A stretch of 13,845 nt of DNA from Octopus sinensis (taxonomy: Eukaryota), in contig NW_021825994.1 in the NCBI RefSeq assembly GCF_006345805.1, positions 1 through 13,845 of the forward strand, read 5' to 3'. Position 1 is the first letter of the stretch. Each line of letters begins with the position of its first letter. Below are positions 8,457 through 13,845 of the stretch, one piece after another. Both the position numbers and the translations under genes were made by a program. The notes under the pieces were generated by a model, which saw only the letters and a program-made list of their open reading frames with translations, ran no database searches and was not told the DNA's origin.

Positions 8457-8926
8457 GGTTTAGCAACACATCTTTTTCTCTTTAAATATTTCTATCGCCC
8501 TTTCACTGCATCATATTTTCTCACTTTGCATAGACACACTAACAAACATACTTACAAACGCATACATACACACACAGACATACATATACGCAGGGTGACA
8601 TGTATTCATGTATAATACCTCTAGTATTACCTGAATGCAGCAAATTACCTACAAGGAAAAAGCATAAGAGGTTAACAATTGTTGATGAAACATGTCCTAT
8701 CTACTTATCCTCTTTGTGATTTTGGTTAATAGAATAACTATACAAATGAATCCTTTGATTTAACTAAATTCTATATTTTTTATGCAGCTGAAGATTGCTC
8801 TACATTTTAAAACTGATGTAATATTTGCATTGTTCAATTAAAAGGAGTCGCATGAAACGATCGTACTGCATTACCTCTGGATATCCTTGTTGCTTATTTG
8901 ATATATATATATATATATATATATAC

Positions 8927-9062
8927 CTTCCATCTTGACGTGCAAGGCTCCTCTTCAAAAATTCAATTGTCCGTGACGAAAAATACTCTTCCCATACTGT
9001 TCTGACCTCGTCTACTGAATTCATATTTTTTCCGTCCAAATGATTTTGAAGACCGGAATAAA

Positions 9063-9066
<4 letters not shown>
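8927..9066 (-). mobile_element. Mariner transposase C-terminal fragment, same family as 9398-10216
   Basis: Encodes DGKNMNSVDEVRTVWEEYFSSR. About 8 mismatches in ~110 bp versus 9533-9642. Bounded by (TA)n on both sides. Confidence 0.88.
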
Positions 9067-9124
<58 letters not shown>

Positions 9125-9355
9125 TGAGGAATTTATAGAATGTAGTTAATAAAACTCAACAATTTAGTTTAAAATGAAGAAGACAAGTTGTTAAATATAT
9201 AAGAGAATTTTAATTTTACTTCATGCAGACGATCGTTCGTACAGGGATATAAAAATTCGTGTTTGAACTTATTAGATTTAATTAATTAAATTGATTTAGT
9301 TATATATATCAATGTACTCTTCAGTGCAGGAAGTGAAAACAAAATTCACAATGTA

Positions 9356-9397
<42 letters not shown>

Positions 9398-9399
<2 letters not shown>

Positions 9400-10214
9400 T
9401 GGGTCATCCCATAAATAATGCGGGTATTTTTATTCTTTTATTTTTCAAAATTAAGATAAACAAAATTTTTTTTTAATCTAAACTATACTCTCCTTCATTT
9501 TCTACAATGCTCTTCTATCTATCTGATAAACTTGCAAGGCCCCTCTTCCAAAATTCACTTGCCCGTGACGAAAAATACTCCTCCAGTACTGTTCTGACCT
9601 CGTCTACAGAATTCATATTTTTTCCGTCCAAATGATTTTGAAAACCGCAGAATGAATGTTAATCAGATAGGGCAATGTCCTACGAATATGGTGAGTGGGG
9701 CATCGTTTCCCGTTCAAAGTGTTCCAGCCTTTGGAATGTCATCCTCTCTGTATGTGGCCGAGCATTATCCTGAAGGAAAAACACCTTTCGTCTTGAAACC
9801 AAAGATGGTCGTTTTTCTTCTAGCGCTGACTTGAATGACTGGTTGAATGACCAAATCCAAGCTTCTCTGCTAGTTCCTCAACAGTTACAATGGGATTTTG
9901 TTCCACCAGGATATGCAGGGCGTCCTCATTGAGCTATACTGCATTAATATTCTTTCCACTTCCCGTTGCGATATTGCCTTTATTGAATTCATAAAGCAAA
10001 ATATGCCGAATATACTCCTTTGTCACTTCCATTATAGCTTTGAAAAAATAACTGTTAAAATTGAACTAAACTCTTCAAAACTTACACTAAGAATAAGAAC
10101 ATGGTAAAATTACTGCCTGCTTTTATAGCAAATTAATGTAGGTAGTTTATACCGTACCCCTCTGACTTTTAGTTCATGCAATTGAAAAAACCGCATTATT
10201 TATGGGATGACCCA

Positions 10215-10216
<2 letters not shown>
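9398..10216 (-). mobile_element. Internally deleted non-autonomous mariner (819 bp) with 26-bp TIRs
   Basis: ATTGGGTCATCCCATAAATAATGCGG at 9398-9423 and its exact reverse complement at 10191-10216; both ends abut TA-rich tracts. Confidence 0.95.
9473..10032 (-). pseudogene. Deleted mariner transposase remnant
   Basis: MEVTKEYIRHILLYEFNKG...NINAV*, deletion, LNEDALHILVEQNPIVTVEELAEKLGFGHST, deletion, VFFLQDNARPH...PHSPYS*DIALSD...ENEGEYSLD*. The first catalytic D region is deleted. Confidence 0.92.

Positions 10217-10309
<93 letters not shown>
10217..10309. repeat. (TA)n(GATA)n microsatellite
   Basis: Direct reading. Confidence 0.97.
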
Positions 10310-11446
10310 TCTTTATATATATAAAACTGAGAATGTGTCTGTCTGTCTGTCTGTCTGTTTCCCTAAAACTTGAGAACTACACAACCAATTTCATTCAAAT
10401 TTTACACACGCCTTACTTGAGTTCATGTAGTTTCATGGGCAAAAACAATGTTCAATTCTTTTACCTAGAGCGAGCCCATAGCAATATCATATCTTCTCCA
10501 CTATTTCAGTATTACGTGTTAAAAGTGAAACAAAAACATTTCTCTTTTATTTCAGATACTTTCAGTTTAACAATAAAAATAATAATAACAATTGAATTAT
10601 ATGTAGTAAGTAATAATTAAAATCAAACTAAAGTATAATATTATCGTAACATAACAAAAGTAAAAATATAGCAATTGGTATAAAATTGCATCAATGACTT
10701 GAACTTGAATCAGTGGTTTCACATGAATGGGAATAAATAAAAAATAAAATTTAAGTGCAGAAATGGAATAGTCCAGATGGAGGTGTGCACGGTTTTTACA
10801 TTAGATTATTTGCTAATTAGCTAGCATTAAGCATTCTACTGAGTATCGCTTTTAGTTTATTTCTGATCCATAAAGGCCTATAGCTTCAACAGAGTACTGC
10901 TTTTTGGTTTACCGTAAGGTTTGTTGTTATTATTATTTCTGTTTAACTATTGTTATCACGTTTGTTGGTTCCTCGTAAGGAAAGCGTTGTTGTGTTGCAT
11001 TTGTTAAATAATTGTAAACCGTAACCCTCCCCCTTTGGGAGAAGGAGCTTTGGTTATTGTTTAAAAATTGAATTATGTCCCTGTTTGGGGAAATTGACAA
11101 TATTTTCACCGTTTACACGGAAGTATTTTTGTTAAAATGTCTTCGATAGAAGAAAGTTCAAAAATGAATTTCGCTCCAGCCGTCTGATTGTAGCCACACT
11201 TCTATACAAGAGGGAGGACAAGATACAATTGATCGAAATTACAAGAGACGGACTAACAATTCCAGTCTGTTATATATTTTGAGTATTGTTATCACTAGCG
11301 ATATCAAGATATAACTTTGTATTTTGTATTTTATGTGTAGTTGTATATATATAGATGTACATGTAATATGTACACATATATATACACATATATATATATA
11401 TATTCACTAGCACTATGACCCGGCAACGACGGGTCTTTAATGCTAG
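10310..11446 (+). mobile_element. Helitron-like non-autonomous element (~1.14 kb)
   Basis: 5' A|TCTTTATATATATAAAA, then (GTCT)n and CCAATTTCATTCAAATTTT (architecture of microsatellite-bearing Helitron derivatives). 3' hairpin GACCCG-GCAACGA-CGGGTC (11417-11435), 7 nt, then CTAG|T (11443-11447). A|T insertion without TSD. That both ends belong to a single copy is inferred. Confidence 0.7.
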
Positions 11447-11447
<1 letters not shown>

Positions 11448-11491
<44 letters not shown>

Positions 11492-11655
11492 ATATATATG
11501 CACACATCAATATATATGTGTGTATGTATGCATATATATTTGTATACGTACATATATATATATATACACACACACACAACACATATATATACATATATGT
11601 ATATATATATATGTATATATATATTATATTATATATATATATTATATATATATAT
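11448..11655. repeat. TA-rich compound microsatellite
   Basis: Direct reading. Further TG tracts at ~11845-11925, 12270-12325 and 13510-13540; TA at ~13750-13775. Confidence 0.95.
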
Positions 11656-12270
11656 GCATTTATTTAATTATTGAATATGACAAGTCTGCTAGGTAAGTGT
11701 CTTAAATGAATTCTTAAAGAGATGTAAATTGAAATGTTCCTAAAATTTAATCAATAGAAATATTTTTTACTCTTATTTAATGTGTTTTGAATTTTTTACC
11801 GTAAATAGACATTCTTCATATTTCAGGCGGAAATAACAACAACTATGTGTGTATGTGTGTGTGTTTATGTGCGTGTGTGTGTTTATGTGCGTGTGCGGCG
11901 TGTGTGTGTATGTGTGTGTACGCATATATGTTAGAAGCAGCGCTAGTGTTCTAGACATTATCGACTATAAATACTCAATGTATGTGACCCGCTTGTTCGC
12001 CGGCAGGCTGTAATTTTACGCGGTGGTGGAGATGACTCTCTCAAAACACCTGATATTAAATACCTGAAAGTCGAAGATAGGTGAGACAATTTACTCCAAA
12101 TCTCATTCAGGAGCGATGGGGGTCGATGATTCGTCAGTTTTGTGACTTATCAATATCACGTACTCGAAACAGACTGAAAACGAACTGAACAGCCTGTCCA
12201 TGAGGATGTGCAAGATAATGTGAAACCATCTGTTGATTACCGCTGCTTCTAATTACGATGCTGCTCTGCG

Positions 12271-12326
<56 letters not shown>

Positions 12327-12360
12327 TGTGAATGCACAAAAAAACAACATGATACATATA

Positions 12361-12926
12361 CTTTTCTACTCTAGGCATAATTTTGGGGTAGGGGCCAGCC
12401 GATTACAATTACCCCTGTGCGTAACTGGTACTTAATTTATCGACCCTGAAAGGATGAAAGTCAACTTCGGCGGAATTTGAACTCAGGACGTAGCGGCAGA
12501 CGAAATACCTATTTCTTTACTACCCACAAGGGGCTACACACAGAGGGGACAAACAAGGACAGACAAACGCATTAAGTCGATTATATCGACCCCAGTACGT
12601 AACTGGTACTTATTTAATCGACCCTGAAAGGATGAAAGGTAAAGTCGACCTCAGCGGAATTTGAACTCAGAACGTAACGGTAGACGAAATACCTATTTCT
12701 TTATTACCCACAAGGGGCTAAACATAGAGGGGACAACCAAGGAGAGTGCAACGGATTAAGTCGATTACATCGACCCCAGTGCGTAACTGGTACTTATTTA
12801 ATCGACCCTGAAAGGATGAAAGGTAAAGTCGACCTCGGCGGAATTTGAACTCAGAACGTAACGGCAGACGAAATACCGCTAAGCATTTCGCCCCCGGCGT
12901 GCTAACGTTTCTGCCAGCTCACCACC
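12361..12926 (-). mobile_element. tRNA-derived SINE expanded into a 184-bp head-to-tail array
   Basis: Single head 12926-12878 (TGGCAGAAACGTTAG A-box region). Units 12877-12694 and 12693-12510 differ at 13 of 184 positions; partial third unit from 12509 has a different tail. B box at 12852-12840, 12668-12656 and 12484-12472. Confidence 0.9.
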
Positions 12927-13666
12927 TTAATATGATACATAGACTCAAACAAGAATTACGTATACTAAGCCATGAATATGCAAATAAAATGTATGCGAGC
13001 TCATAGCATATGAAATTACAGAAACTGTAAAATTTTGATGCCATAATATTTGGTAAACATTTGGCAGTCAGGTGCAAATATATGTAAATGGGAAAATTTA
13101 AGTGCACAAATATCGAAATTATAAAAGTTTATGCAGGTGAAACATTAATGCAGGTATATGTATGCATCCATAAAAATTTGAATGAGTTACAGTTTTTCCA
13201 AAAGTTGAATCCAGTGAAGATAATTATCCACGTTTGTTCGCCTTGGTGTCTTGTATAATTTTTCTTTTCTTAACGAAATACTTGCGCGCTTTTATTGTGA
13301 CTTTCCGTGGCTTTTCATGTTTAAATCCAAAATGGAGACGGACATCGATGTTCCATGCACTAAGCTTGATCATTGTTGAAGTGTGGTATTCCTTAACATG
13401 AAAACAATGGTAGCTTTAATACACAAATAAAGAATTTTTATCCACCAATGCGGTGTTGAGCACTCATTGTCATTGTACGACATGTATGTAAATAGAAATG
13501 TATATATAAGTGTGTGTGTGTGTGTAGGTGTGTGTGTGTGTCATTTTTTGTATTATATAGGCAACGCCAGTCGTAATTAAATTTATTTTATTTACAAAAG
13601 ATTGCCGAAACTATGCATAGTCCAGAAAGGATAGGGTAAACGTTTTTATTTCTCTTTCCATTTCAG

Positions 13667-13708
13667 AATTACAACTATTAGTGGTTTGGAGTTTAACTGC
13701 TCTTTCTA
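13667..13708 (+). other. Candidate 42-nt symmetric (phase 1-1) micro-exon
   Basis: Acceptor TTTTTATTTCTCTTTCCATTTCAG|, donor |GTGAGT. Open frame xLQLLVVWSLTALSx is hydrophobic and signal-peptide-like. No transcript evidence. Confidence 0.3.
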
Positions 13709-13845
13709 GTGAGTCGGATGTCCTATTATGGCCATCCCTTATATGTTTGAATATATATATATATATATATATATAATAAACCTTACATATATATAAATAA
13801 CGCGAAATACACGAAGGGACGAATATAAGAGACAGACGGGTCATT

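Noticed and set aside
8788-8830. CTGAAGA hammerhead-like box on the plus strand
   Set aside because: No stem II, GAAA or stem I partner nearby.
11930-12270. Moderately GC-rich unique-looking block
   Set aside because: No recognisable ORF, promoter boxes, termini or internal repeats; left unannotated.
12510-12877. Ribozyme within the 184-bp tandem unit (retrozyme-like multimer)
   Set aside because: No CUGANGA/GAAA hammerhead core on either strand; other ribozyme classes would need an Infernal search.
13225-13375. Minus-strand short ORF starting MIKLSAWNID, resembling an AP-endonuclease N-terminus
   Set aside because: Only the WN motif matches; the rest of the ~49 codons has no endonuclease features.

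Overview
AT-rich, microsatellite-saturated eukaryotic non-coding DNA with no intact protein-coding gene. Almost all long ORFs in the track are translations of microsatellites or transposon debris. The SINE families resemble those I recall from Octopus, so a cephalopod origin is a moderate-confidence inference. The window is a nest of mobile elements: (i) several tRNA-derived SINEs, one with an 11-bp target-site duplication and one expanded into a 184-bp head-to-tail array; (ii) three Tc1/mariner lineages, including a full-length decayed transposase split by two nested insertions and an 819-bp internally deleted copy with 26-bp TIRs; (iii) a ~1.1-kb Helitron-like non-autonomous element; (iv) a 26-bp minisatellite. 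The most interesting signal is catalytic RNA. A tRNA-headed (Pol III-type) element carries an intact minimal Penelope-type hammerhead ribozyme (840-885, minus) within a 134-bp inverted duplication. A second, unrelated minimal hammerhead lies at 2848-2899. An insertion inside the mariner holds all hammerhead core parts in a non-circularly permuted order (5208-5283, tentative). One candidate 42-nt micro-exon lies at 13667-13708.
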